From the NCBI GenBank assembly GCA_963664015.2, contig CAXXLF010000002.1:640001-704000 (forward strand): 64,000 bases of DNA, in the 5' to 3' direction. Shown here piece after piece: positions 49,437 to 59,815 of the stretch; position 1 is the first letter of the stretch; each line of letters begins with the position of its first letter. The translations under genes were made by a program, and so were the position numbers. The notes under the pieces were generated by a model. The model was not told where the DNA came from. It was given only the letters and a program-made list of their open reading frames with translations, and ran no database searches. The stretch is from Candidatus Binatia bacterium (GTDB lineage Bacteria; Desulfobacterota; Binatia; UBA9968; CAXXLF01).

Positions 49437-50867
49437 TTAATCAAAAAGGCCTTTCCATTTCTGCATTACCTTTTCCCGTTCCTCGTCGCTCGACTGAACG
49501 ACCCGGGGGAAATCCTGAATCCAGTCGAAGGGCCGGCAGGCGTCGATCACGGCCCGGGAACCGAAGGAGATCTTTTCAGGCTTGGGGTAAATGGGATCCA
49601 AAGGACCGGTATAGGTGTTGCGGAGAATATCGATATCCTTTTCCGGATTGGAACGGGTGCTGATGGCCCAGATGACCTGATCCAAATCGCTGGGATCGAT
49701 GTCGTCATCGACCACGACCACATACCTTCCCATGGAAGTCCCTCCTGCCCGGCATTGGCATACCATGAAACCGGCTTGCCGTGCGTGACCGGGATAGCGC
49801 TGTTTGATCGAGACAACTGTGAAGAAGTTGATGCCCGACACCTCGTGATACCAGACCCCTTTGACATCCGGGATGCCGTCTTTCTTCAGCGAATCTTTCA
49901 CGTTCGCAGATTTCATCGCCGACATAAAATAGGAATAGTCGTGAGGTGGGCGCGCCGGCATGGCGCCAAGAATGATGGGATCGTTCCGGTGGTAGAGAGC
50001 CTTGACCTGAATCACCGGTTCCTTCTCCCTGCCCGACGCGTAGTATCCCGTATACTCACCGTAGGGTCCTTCGTCTCTCCGTTCATCGGGCGGCGAAAAC
50101 CCTTCGATAGAAAACTCACTACCGGCGGGAATGGGCAGACCCGTAATCTCACCGGGGATCACCGGGACGGGCTTCCCGAAAATAGCCCCGACGAACTGGT
50201 ACTCGGATATACTGTAGGGGACACTCATCGCTGCAAGCACGTGATAGAGCGGATGGTGTCCGAAGGATACGGCAATGGGCGCCGCTTCGCCCCGAGCATG
50301 ATACTTTTTGACGTTTAGCGCACCATGGTGAGCGGAAGAGATATGGAGTGCCAGGGTCTTCTCATCGTGGAGCATCAAACGGTAGGCCCCCAGGTTGATC
50401 ACCCCCGTATCCGGATCCCGAGTGATAACGACACAACCCGTACCCAAATATTTCCCGCCGTCATACTCGTGCCACTTGGGAGCCGGGAACTTGAGCAGAT
50501 TGACGTCGTTACCGAAAAACCGGTTTTCCATCACGGCACCGTCGGAAACCTCCTCCGGTGCGAATTCACCCGAACGCCTTTCCCAATCGATCACCTTTCC
50601 CTCCAGGCGCGACACAAGCTCTTGGTCCGTAGTGATATCGCGGTACCCTAGGGTGAGCCCCAGCCTTTGGGCATCCAGAATAGCGCCGGTAACGATCCGG
50701 TATCCCTTGTCATGGCCCTTGATGTTGTCAAAGATGAATGCGGGCCCCCTGCGCTTGCAGTTGACTTCGGCCAGTATCCCGAGCTCCAGGTGGGGATCGG
50801 CGCCGTCAACGACCTTGAGTTTTCCTATTCCCTCGACTTCTTTAAGCCAGCTTCTCAGATCCTCCAT
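49437..50867 (-). CDS. UbiD family (prFMN-dependent) decarboxylase
   Basis: DGGKYLGT, NLGAYR, EFSIEG, EGPYGEYTGYY, VVDDDID and IDAC motifs. Confidence 0.93.
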   Translation of the reverse strand: MEDLRSWLKEVEGIGKLKVVDGADPHLELGILAEVNCKRRGPAFIFDNIKGHDKGYRIVTGAILDAQRLGLTLGYRDITTDQELVSRLEGKVIDWERRSGEFAPEEVSDGAVMENRFFGNDVNLLKFPAPKWHEYDGGKYLGTGCVVITRDPDTGVINLGAYRLMLHDEKTLALHISSAHHGALNVKKYHARGEAAPIAVSFGHHPLYHVLAAMSVPYSISEYQFVGAIFGKPVPVIPGEITGLPIPAGSEFSIEGFSPPDERRDEGPYGEYTGYYASGREKEPVIQVKALYHRNDPIILGAMPARPPHDYSYFMSAMKSANVKDSLKKDGIPDVKGVWYHEVSGINFFTVVSIKQRYPGHARQAGFMVCQCRAGGTSMGRYVVVVDDDIDPSDLDQVIWAISTRSNPEKDIDILRNTYTGPLDPIYPKPEKISFGSRAVIDACRPFDWIQDFPRVVQSSDEEREKVMQKWKGLFD

Positions 50868-50966
50868 CGGTTTTCCCCTTTATATCAAAATTTCTATTTT
50901 CTTAGCCCAATAGCTCGAACGCAAAACACCACAGTCAACTAAAGATAAGGTCAGGACAAACACGGC

Positions 50967-51869
50967 TTACTTGTCGTACTGCCGGGGATCAAAAACATCC
51001 CGTAGGCCATCGCCAAGCAAGTTGAAGCCCAAAATGGTCATGGAGATGGCGAGACCGGGGATGAGGGCCACGTGGGGTCCAAGTTCCATGTAACCCCGTG
51101 CCTCGTTGAGCATGAGTCCCCAGCTGGGAGCGGGAGGGGCAAATCCCAACCCGAGAAAACTCAGGGAGGACTCGGTGATGATGGCATGGGCGCAGTCAAG
51201 CGTTATCAGGACCAGTAAGGAACCGATGCAATTGGGAAGGATCTGAAAGAAAAGGATCCTAAACTCGGATTCACCCGTCATGCGAGCGGCTTCGACGTAT
51301 TCTTTCTCTTTTTGTGAGAGAACTACGCCTCGAACCACCCGGGCATAGCCGGGGATCGAGGTAATGCCAATGGCCAGCCACAGTGTCAAGAAGTTTGCGC
51401 CCATGGCAGCAACTAGGGCAATGGCCAGGAGACGTCCCGGAAAGGCGAGAACCGCATCGATAAACCGCATGATGAGCATGTCCACTCGTCCACCCATATA
51501 ACCTGAGAATGCTCCCAATGGAACACCGATGAGAATGGCCAGGAGAACGGCTCCCATGGCCACCTGCATCGCGATGCGAGTGCCCAGGATAACCCGGGTA
51601 TAGATATCCCGTCCGAACACATCGGTACCGAACAGGTGCTGAGCCGAAGGAGGCGATAGGCGGTCGATTATGTTCATTTGATAAGGGTCTTGAGTAATAA
51701 TGAGATCGGCGCCGAGAGTCACAAACACGACCAATGTGATCAAAAGAAGCCCTACGGTAGCAAGGCGGTTGCGTAGGATAACCCGTAGACCGCTGCTGAC
51801 CTTTTCTAATAACTCTCGAAATCTTACCGAAGAGGTGGGCGCAATGATATTCCCTGTTGTGTTAGCCAT
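50967..51869 (-). CDS. Peptide/nickel ABC transporter permease (DppC-like)
   Basis: HLFGTD.FGRD, EYVEAA and ESSLSFLGLG..PP.PSWG motifs. Confidence 0.92.
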   Translation of the reverse strand: MANTTGNIIAPTSSVRFRELLEKVSSGLRVILRNRLATVGLLLITLVVFVTLGADLIITQDPYQMNIIDRLSPPSAQHLFGTDVFGRDIYTRVILGTRIAMQVAMGAVLLAILIGVPLGAFSGYMGGRVDMLIMRFIDAVLAFPGRLLAIALVAAMGANFLTLWLAIGITSIPGYARVVRGVVLSQKEKEYVEAARMTGESEFRILFFQILPNCIGSLLVLITLDCAHAIITESSLSFLGLGFAPPAPSWGLMLNEARGYMELGPHVALIPGLAISMTILGFNLLGDGLRDVFDPRQYDK

Positions 51870-51870
51870 T

Positions 51871-52824
51871 TTACTCCATTTGGATTCTCGGATCGAGCCA
51901 ATGGTAAATGACATCAACAATCAAGTTCACAAAGACATAGGTGAACGCCAGGAAGAGGACGGATCCTTGGAGAAGAGGATAGTCTCTGGCGTAGATAGCC
52001 TCCAGAACCAAAAGGGCCAAGCCGGGCCAGGAAAAAACCGTCTCTACTATAGTCGACCCACCAAAAAGTCGCCCCACTTGCAATCCGATGGCCGTTGTTG
52101 CCGCCACCAGAGAGTTTTTCAGAACATGTCGGGAAACAATTGCTCGAGGCGGTAAACCTTTCGCCTTGGCCGTTCGCACGTAATCCAACCTAAGCTGTTC
52201 CAACATCTCAGCCCTGACGAATCGCGTAATGCTGGAGGCCATAGCGGTTCCGAGCACGATGGCGGGAAGGATCAAGTGCCAGAGGAACTGGATAAAATTC
52301 ACGGAGGGATCCACGTATCCCATGGTGGGAAAGACTCTCCAGTACAGGCCAAAAAAAAGGATAAGCAAGAGGGCAAGCCAGAAATTAGGGACCGAAATAC
52401 CGAACAGGGCAAACCCCATAGCCGAATAGTCCAGGGGAGTATTCTGCTTCACCGCGGCGATAACGCCGGCAGGGATGGAGATCAGGATTCCCACGATAAA
52501 GGCACTGAATGCCAGGTAAATTGTTGCGGGATACCGGGCCTTGACCATGTCCCAGACAGGCTCACCAGTCTGCATGGACTGCCCCAAATTCCCCTGCAAG
52601 ACGTTGCCCATCCAACGCACATATTGGATATAGATGGGGGCGTCTAGTCCCAGCTGTTTTCGGAGCGCGTCGTAGAGCTCCTGACTGGCCGCAGCATCGT
52701 CCTCCCCGAGCATGACCTCAACCGGGTCGCCGGGGATTAGATGGATGATTAGAAAAACAAAGATGGAAACGAAGAAAAGGACCGGGACGAGCTGTAACAG
52801 TCGCTTTAGTATGTACTTGCCCAA
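51871..52824 (-). CDS. Peptide/nickel ABC transporter permease (DppB-like)
   Basis: PGDP, GLD.P...QY, P.FWL, DYVRTAKAKGL and ETVFSWPG motifs. Confidence 0.92.
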   Translation of the reverse strand: MGKYILKRLLQLVPVLFFVSIFVFLIIHLIPGDPVEVMLGEDDAAASQELYDALRKQLGLDAPIYIQYVRWMGNVLQGNLGQSMQTGEPVWDMVKARYPATIYLAFSAFIVGILISIPAGVIAAVKQNTPLDYSAMGFALFGISVPNFWLALLLILFFGLYWRVFPTMGYVDPSVNFIQFLWHLILPAIVLGTAMASSITRFVRAEMLEQLRLDYVRTAKAKGLPPRAIVSRHVLKNSLVAATTAIGLQVGRLFGGSTIVETVFSWPGLALLVLEAIYARDYPLLQGSVLFLAFTYVFVNLIVDVIYHWLDPRIQME

Positions 52825-52861
52825 ACGATCCTCTTCTCCGTAGGATTGGTTGTTCTCTAAT

Positions 52862-54448
52862 CTACTTGGCCAGCCACGTCCGTGAGAGCCCGCCCGTGGT
52901 CAGGTTAAAACGGGCCCCGTCGTCAGTGGTGAAACCCCGGACCTTCTTGTTGAACACGAAGTAGCGCGGCACAATGACCAGTGGGATTTCCGGCAGGTCG
53001 CTGTGGACCAGGCGGATGGCCTTATCGTAGAGCTTGAAACGCTCTTTCTTGTCGCTGGTTTGACTCGCCTTATCCGTCAGCTGGTCAAACTCTGGATTGC
53101 AGTATCCCGAGTAATTCAGGATGCGTTTTTTTCTCTTGCCTTCGAGGCATGAAAATCGAAACGGATACGCGTCGGCAGGGTCTTTGACGACCTCCGCCCC
53201 ACTGAAGCCCAACATGAAGTTTCCCGAGCGACGCATCCGTGAAATTTTGCCGCCGGTGAGGAATTCAAGCTTAACATTGAATCCGGCGCTGGTAAGTTGG
53301 CGTTCAATCACCTGCATCATGGGCTCCTCACCCTTACGGGCTATTAACTCGATCTCGAAGTTCGGGTCCACTCCGGATTCTTTGACCAACGCCTTCGATT
53401 TGGCGACGTCTCTCTTTATTTCCGGGAGACCAATGTGCCAGGGGCTGGTGTCGGGAATCGCCCACACGGTGGCCGGCACACCGTAGCCCCAATAGGCCGC
53501 GGTGATCAACTCTCTCATGTCCAAGGCGTAACGAACCGCATGGCGCAGCTTGGGATTATTGAACGGCGGTTTCGTCACCTCGAAAATGAGCCGGCGAAAG
53601 CCCGAATACTCGGCCTCGGCGATGCCCAGGTTGGGATAGTCTCCATCCGTTATTTTCTTAATAAAGGCATAAGGCGCCCTCTCGATGAGGTCCAGATCGC
53701 CCGCACGCACCGAGGTGAAACGGGCCTGCGTATCCCGTGCCGGTTTTAATATCAGCTCGTCGAGATAGGGGAGCCCTTTTTGCCAGTAGTTCTTGTTACG
53801 AACCAGGGTCACATGCCTTGCCCGTTTATAGTTTTTGAAGACAAAGGGACCTGTTCCCGGTGGAAACCCTATTATTCTTTTCTTAGCCTTGACTAGTTTC
53901 TTCAATCGTTGATTACTTCCAGTGGCGACCGATCCTTCAGGGACCACGACGAAGGGGCGAATCGAAGCCATGATGTTAAGAAAAATCGGGTCGACACCCT
54001 TCAACTTGAAATCGACGATGAGGTTGCCCCTCGCCGTCACGGATTCCACATTGCGCAACAGGGACAACCCTGTGGCCGCGTTTTTCGGATTCATCGCATA
54101 TTCGGCGCTCCATTTCACGTCCTGAGCGGTCATATTCTTGCCGTTATGAAACTTGACGCCGCTGCGGAGCTTAAAGGTATAGGTTTTGCCGTCGGAAGAG
54201 ATCTGCCACGCCTCGGCCAAGGCCGGAACAGGTTTTCCTTTAAGATCGAAATCCAGCAGGCCCTCAAACATTAACTGCCGCACGTAAGAGTCCGTCGACT
54301 GGGTTCTCCAGAAGGGGTTGAGTGAAGAGAGGTCCTTACGGATACCAAAGATGAGACGCCCGCCATACTGAGGCGTGTCGGCAGCCCATAGGGACCCAGT
54401 GATCATAAAGAGTCCCAAAATTAACGCTAATGTTCGTAACTGTTTCAT
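52862..54448 (-). CDS. Family 5 ABC substrate-binding protein (DppA-like)
   Basis: Signal peptide; P.LAE.W....DG.TYTFKLR.GVKFH, GTGPF and N.NYW..G.PYLD motifs. Confidence 0.92.
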   Translation of the reverse strand: MKQLRTLALILGLFMITGSLWAADTPQYGGRLIFGIRKDLSSLNPFWRTQSTDSYVRQLMFEGLLDFDLKGKPVPALAEAWQISSDGKTYTFKLRSGVKFHNGKNMTAQDVKWSAEYAMNPKNAATGLSLLRNVESVTARGNLIVDFKLKGVDPIFLNIMASIRPFVVVPEGSVATGSNQRLKKLVKAKKRIIGFPPGTGPFVFKNYKRARHVTLVRNKNYWQKGLPYLDELILKPARDTQARFTSVRAGDLDLIERAPYAFIKKITDGDYPNLGIAEAEYSGFRRLIFEVTKPPFNNPKLRHAVRYALDMRELITAAYWGYGVPATVWAIPDTSPWHIGLPEIKRDVAKSKALVKESGVDPNFEIELIARKGEEPMMQVIERQLTSAGFNVKLEFLTGGKISRMRRSGNFMLGFSGAEVVKDPADAYPFRFSCLEGKRKKRILNYSGYCNPEFDQLTDKASQTSDKKERFKLYDKAIRLVHSDLPEIPLVIVPRYFVFNKKVRGFTTDDGARFNLTTGGLSRTWLAK

Positions 54449-54662
54449 GCAGTCCTCCTCTAAATTTATACAGAATCCAAAACCTTGACAGGGCTTTCTT
54501 AATTACCAATTCCACTCTACTCTGTCAACCGCGATTCCAGTACCATTCCAAAGCCCGAACTCATCAGAATCAAAAGATTATCTAGTGCGTATTCACTTGA
54601 ATTTTCGAGCGCTGCCACCGTATAGTGCAGGGCAGAGCAGGATCCGAATCTAGAGATCCGAA

Positions 54663-56945
54663 TTGAAAGTTGCCGTGGAATCAATGAAGGAAAAAAGAGC
54701 CAGGCCTCAAGCCGACCTGATTCGAGTCGATGCAGTCGACAAGGTCTCCGGGACCGCGTGTTACGCGGCGGATGTTCCCCTTCCGGGCCTGCTGGTAGGG
54801 GCTATGCTGCGCAGCACCATTCCCCATGGGCTCATCACTTCTATGGATGTCTCCAAGGCGCGGGAGATTCCCGGTGTCCACGGGGTTCTGACGGCTCAGG
54901 ACGTTCCCGATCTACGTGTCGGAAAGGGCTTACAGGACATTCCTCTTTTGGCACAGGAGCGGGTGCGGTTTGTCGGTGAAAGGATCGCTGCCATCGCCGC
55001 CGAATCTAGGGAGATCGCCGAAGAGGCGATCCACGCCATTAAAGTCGAGTACGCAGACCTCCCCACGGTCTGTGACGTCGAGAAGGCTCTCAGGCCCGAT
55101 GCCCCCATCATTCACCCTGAGCGCGCCACCTATAAACCCGCCGAAGGCCGTGAATGGCCCGAGTTCCCATCCGAGCCGAACGCAAATTCCCGGGTACTTT
55201 ATAAAAAGGGAAACTTCGAAGACGGCTTTTCGACCGCGGCCAGGGTTTTTGAGGACGTCTTCACTCTGCCCATGCAGCACCACGCCTTCATCGAACCCCA
55301 TTGCTGCACCGTCGCCGTCGATAACGGCGGCGGCGATGCGGAAAAGGTCCGAGTCTGGACCTCCATCAAGCAGCCTTTCTCCATGCGGGACTGGCTTGCA
55401 TCCGCCACGGGAGTTCCATCCGAGCGCATCGTCATCCTGCCCACCCAGATCGGCGGCGACTTCGGGGGCAAGGCCTTTCTATGGGACGAAGCGCTTGCCT
55501 ATTTTCTCGCCCGTGCCAGCGGCCGGCCCATCCGCATGGTAACGAGCCAGAACGAGGAGTTTGTGGCCGGCATCCACCGTCACGCCGCCGTGATTCGCAT
55601 CAAGAGCGGCCTGGACTCCCAGAACAACCTGACAGCACGTGAGGTTCGCATCCTATTTAACAACGGCGCCTACGCGGGCTACCGCCCCCACCCGACCATC
55701 GGTGGCTCTGCCCAAGCGGCTGGCTGCTACCGCATCCCTCACGTTCGCATTACGAGTACTCACGTCTACACCAATCAGGGCCCCTGTGGTCATATGCGCG
55801 GACCCGGTGAGCCTCAGGTCGGCTTCGCCGTGGAGTCCCACACCGACATGATCGCCCGGCGACTCGGGATGGATCCCGTGAAGTTCCGTCGCCAAACCGT
55901 CATGCGGGACGGCGACGAAGGCCCCCTAGGAAAGGTCTGGCATTCGGTTACGGCAGGCGAAATGGTGACAAGAGCGGCAACCGCGCTCCATTGGGATAAG
56001 CCGAAGAAACAGAACACCGGTCGAGGATTCGCCGTTAACGAGCGGGCTACGGGGAGGGGCAAGGCCGCCGTAGCTCTCGAGATCGACGCCGAAGGGCAAA
56101 TTTTGATCCGCACAGGTCTCGCGGAAATCGGCACCGGGGCCCACACCATGCTCAGGCAAGTGCTCGCCACTGCCTTCAAGATCGATCCCGCGGAGATTTC
56201 CGTGGTTCAGGGCGATACCGACAAGGGACCCTACGACCAGGGCGCCAACGCCAGCAAAGTGACCAACACCACGGGGGGCGCCGTTCTACTGGCCGCAAAG
56301 GATACACTGCCGCGCATCTTTGCCGCTGCCGCGGAGTTGAAGGGCTGGCCGGTCGGCGCCATCAGCGTGGAGCGGGGCCGAATCGTCTGCAAGGGCCGGC
56401 CAGGGTCCGTAACCTTTAAAGTAGCGGCAATTCGATTGGCGAAAACGAGCGGCGGCCGCTTCCGCCAGGACGCAGAACTATCATCGGAGCGCGGGGATTC
56501 GTTCGGCTACGCCTGCCAAGGAGTAGAAGTGACGGTAGACCGTGAGACCGGAAGGATTCGAATCAACCGCATCGTGGCCATCCAGGACGTGGGCTACGCC
56601 ATCAACCGCCAGGCCCTTACGAGCCAGATCGCCGGGGCCATCGGCATGGGGCTTGGCATGGCGCTGAGGGAAGAAATGCGCTACGACAACGGCTACCTTC
56701 AGGCGGTCAACTTCGGCGCGTACAAGATTTCCTGCGTCGCTGACATCCCGCCCACGACCTTTGAATTGATCGAGAACGGTGATGGCCCGGGTCCCTTTGG
56801 CGCCAAGGGTGTGGGGGAGATCGCTGCAGTGCCTATCATGGCGGCCATCGCCAATGCCGTCGAAGACGCCATAGGAGTGCGGATAACCGACTTACCGATC
56901 ACGGCAGAGAAGGTTCTGGGCGCACTCAACGGGCGGAAAAATTGA
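54663..56945 (+). CDS. Xanthine dehydrogenase family molybdopterin-binding subunit
   Basis: KVSG.A.Y..D, EPH, IGGDFGGK, MRGPGEPQ, EIGTG and GPFGAKGVGE motifs. Confidence 0.92.
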   Translation: MKVAVESMKEKRARPQADLIRVDAVDKVSGTACYAADVPLPGLLVGAMLRSTIPHGLITSMDVSKAREIPGVHGVLTAQDVPDLRVGKGLQDIPLLAQERVRFVGERIAAIAAESREIAEEAIHAIKVEYADLPTVCDVEKALRPDAPIIHPERATYKPAEGREWPEFPSEPNANSRVLYKKGNFEDGFSTAARVFEDVFTLPMQHHAFIEPHCCTVAVDNGGGDAEKVRVWTSIKQPFSMRDWLASATGVPSERIVILPTQIGGDFGGKAFLWDEALAYFLARASGRPIRMVTSQNEEFVAGIHRHAAVIRIKSGLDSQNNLTAREVRILFNNGAYAGYRPHPTIGGSAQAAGCYRIPHVRITSTHVYTNQGPCGHMRGPGEPQVGFAVESHTDMIARRLGMDPVKFRRQTVMRDGDEGPLGKVWHSVTAGEMVTRAATALHWDKPKKQNTGRGFAVNERATGRGKAAVALEIDAEGQILIRTGLAEIGTGAHTMLRQVLATAFKIDPAEISVVQGDTDKGPYDQGANASKVTNTTGGAVLLAAKDTLPRIFAAAAELKGWPVGAISVERGRIVCKGRPGSVTFKVAAIRLAKTSGGRFRQDAELSSERGDSFGYACQGVEVTVDRETGRIRINRIVAIQDVGYAINRQALTSQIAGAIGMGLGMALREEMRYDNGYLQAVNFGAYKISCVADIPPTTFELIENGDGPGPFGAKGVGEIAAVPIMAAIANAVEDAIGVRITDLPITAEKVLGALNGRKN

Positions 56946-57015
56946 ACCCTTCTTTCACTCGGGAACCAACCATCGGGGGTTTATCTTGGGTTCGTACTGA
57001 ATGACTCTGAAGAGA

Positions 57016-57675
57016 TCAGGGCAAAAGTATTTTGGATTTTCTCTGCACGCCTATGTGGGGAATAATCAGGCCGAGTATGATTCCAAACACGATCACCGCC
57101 GCGCCGATGATAAACCAATCCCGGTTTGACCCGTCCGACAGTGCGTGATTCTCGGATTTAAATTCGTCGATCTGCCGTTCGGCGTCATTTAGTTTCTTTG
57201 TTAGCTGCTTATTCTGGTCATTGAGTTGGATGGTGTTGGACGACAACTTTTGAATTTCCTCAAGCTGCCGTTGTAACCCACGGGAAGACCTTTTCGTATT
57301 ATCAAGCTGAGTCGTGAGATCCCTCAGTGCCCGCTCGAACTCCAGGCCCCGTGCTTTAAGCTGCCTGTTCGACTCTTCACTATCACGTAACCGGGCCTGC
57401 AACCGGGGTAGCTGGAGACGCGCTGTCTGGTTGGATAGCAGGTATCGAGTAAGCAACCAGCCTTCCATCCCGTCGGAAGTTTGTACCCTGGTATAACCGG
57501 ACTCGTCGTCCACCTCGAGCACCGTCACTTTGGTACCGCTGGGCATTACTCTGATGATACTTTGTTGCGTGTTCCTTCCTGTGCGCAGCATGACTTCGAA
57601 CTGATCGGAGATCCACCGATCATTGCTCTGTCCTAGTGCCAACCCCGGCCCAATACAAAGAGCGGCCGCCACCAA
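57016..57675 (-). CDS. SH3 domain protein (YgiM / TIGR04211-like)
   Basis: WISD....LRTG, SG..V.VL, EGW..TRYL, coiled coil and C-terminal WFIIGA...G.ILG..IP anchor; start uncertain (an ATG about 20 nt upstream is out of frame by one base). Confidence 0.8.
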   Translation of the reverse strand: MVAAALCIGPGLALGQSNDRWISDQFEVMLRTGRNTQQSIIRVMPSGTKVTVLEVDDESGYTRVQTSDGMEGWLLTRYLLSNQTARLQLPRLQARLRDSEESNRQLKARGLEFERALRDLTTQLDNTKRSSRGLQRQLEEIQKLSSNTIQLNDQNKQLTKKLNDAERQIDEFKSENHALSDGSNRDWFIIGAAVIVFGIILGLIIPHIGVQRKSKILLP

Positions 57676-57989
57676 AAATAATTTGACGCGGTTCCATCGA
57701 TGTGGTCGGAAAATACAAGCAAGCCTGAACCATTGAGTTTAAAAAATAGCCCAATACGCTGGTACAATGGTAGGAATCTGTTTTGGAAGAGTAGCCGCCA
57801 AGAATCAAAAACTTCCTGAGACAGCTACCTGTCAACCCACGGTCAATAAATCTATGCGGGAATGGGACAGCCCTTCTCTATATTGGGTGAGCAATATCCG
57901 ATAACGAGGCGTTATGTCAACAAAAACCTGACATTCCAGGAAAACTGCACATCCACATTTAGGATGGAGACAATTCGCCGGTGTAGCCC

Positions 57990-59249
57990 CTACTGTTTTG
58001 TAGCAGGATTTTTCAGCGTCATCAGTATGATACGGTTCGTGCTGCTCTGGTGGATCAGCAGGTTGCCGTCCCGCGTCGGTCTCATGTGCCTCACGATGCC
58101 GGCATAGATGCCCCCGGAAGGGATGGGCCAGCTCTGAAACGTCTCCGACGCAGGATCGAACCGCACCATTGTATCCGGCCTGCTGCCTGATTCGTTGTAT
58201 CAGACAATGTCGTCTACGACCGCGATGGCATAGGGGCGCGATCTCGGCCCGCTGGGTGAAGGCCATTCCTTGACCTCCCCCGTCTTCGGGTTGAACCGGC
58301 CCAACCGACCCTGGCGGGAATTGACGTACCAGAGCATGTCGTCGCTCGCGAAATCGAGTCTCCGGACGGTAGTCTTCGGATCCGGCAACTTATACTCGCG
58401 TAGTTTCATCGTCTCCGGATTGACGCTAACCAGGCAATTGCCACCGTTACAGGCAACCCACGGGACGCCGTTGGAGTCTAACTTGATGCCGTAAGGCCGA
58501 GATTTCGGGGTGGGCATAGTTACCAGCTTGATGTCACCCGTCTCAGGATTCAGCCGGCCTACCATATTGCTACGCTGCAAGGTGAACCACATCATTCCCT
58601 TGCCATCGAAAATCGCTGTGTGTGGATCCCTGGCGGCGGGGTCGGGCATCTTGTACACGGTGATCTTACCCGTGCGCGGGTCGAGTTTGCCTACCGTTCC
58701 GTTTTTGTTGCCCGTGTACCAGACGTTGGCCTCCCGATCCATGGTCACCGAATGGGGCATCGAGTTTTCCGGCAATGGGTATTCCTTCATTTCGCCGGTC
58801 TTGGGATCGATGCGCCCGATCAAGTTGCCCCATTGCCCAGCCCACCAGATGGATCCGTCCAGCGCCTGAACAGGGTCACGCGACCGCTGCCCAAGCGTGG
58901 GAACCGTCCATTCCTTGAAGCCTATCGAGGCACTGCCAGGAATCAGTTTGGGCTTCCGCTTAGTGTTCTCAGGGAAGTGAGTGGTCAGATACGTCGTTAT
59001 CGTCTCATAGGCAGAGCTGCCGGACAGGTCGATCATCGTACCGATCAATTCTTGCCAGCCTTCGCGGGTATACCCTGAACTGCGGGTAATCGGGTTCATG
59101 TTATGGCACGCGGCGCAGGCACCCTGCACGAGCTCCTTACCAGGTCCTGCCGGCAATTCACTCGACCACCTCTGCGCCATGGCGGGCAACGGCCCGATCA
59201 GAAGTACGAGGATTAGGGTACTGACAAGTCCGATGGTGCGAATCCTCAT
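57990..59249 (-). pseudogene. Cytochrome c-domain / Vgb-like beta-propeller protein interrupted by TGA at a Trp position
   Basis: Signal peptide, CAACH, repeated W-Y/F..GRLDP.TGE blades; the frame continues past TGA 58200-58202 (DIV*YNESG...MVRFDP...SW) to TAG at 57990. Confidence 0.8.
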
Positions 59250-59815
59250 GTTGATCTCCTTATTATTAATTATCAGGAAGGTACCCATATCATAGGGGGA
59301 AAAATTGTCAATCACTGCAGGAGGAATTTGAACAACGTTTTAATTGATTCCTACATAGGACTCATTTCATGAGCTATTTCATTGTATCCTAAAGCTGGTG
59401 GAATAAAAGAAAGTGCGGGCCCGAGGAGGACCGCGTTGATTACTATAAGAAAAAGGTTCCTCACACCTTTTCCGTCAGCTATCGATGTCGTCTTTGAAAA
59501 CGGCATTGGGCTTGTTACCCCACAACCCCAATGGACAGAGCAGCCCCTTAGGTTAAATCCTCCATTGCTGTGCCATGAGTCGTTATTTCGTTAAAAGAAT
59601 GCTAGAGTCAAACACCTGATCGTAATTACCAGCGTGCGCGCCCGAACCATAATCTATCCCTATTCGGCGCAGACAGCGCGGTTAAGCGCAAGAGTGGCTT
59701 GACGCCCCCTTCTCCATAATAGCGGACCGCGCCCGATCTAAACAAAAGAAGTTGTTGGATCCCGAAACCGTTCGCTTGGTTAACGTGACTTTATACTCTG
59801 GTAAGACAACCCATC

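Noticed and set aside
48113-50318. Long plus-strand ORFs (48113..49129, 49377..50318)
   Set aside because: Antisense shadows of well-supported minus-strand genes with no recognisable motifs
58200-58202. Genome-wide recoding of UGA to Trp or Gly
   Set aside because: Many intact genes here end in TGA and Trp is encoded by TGG throughout
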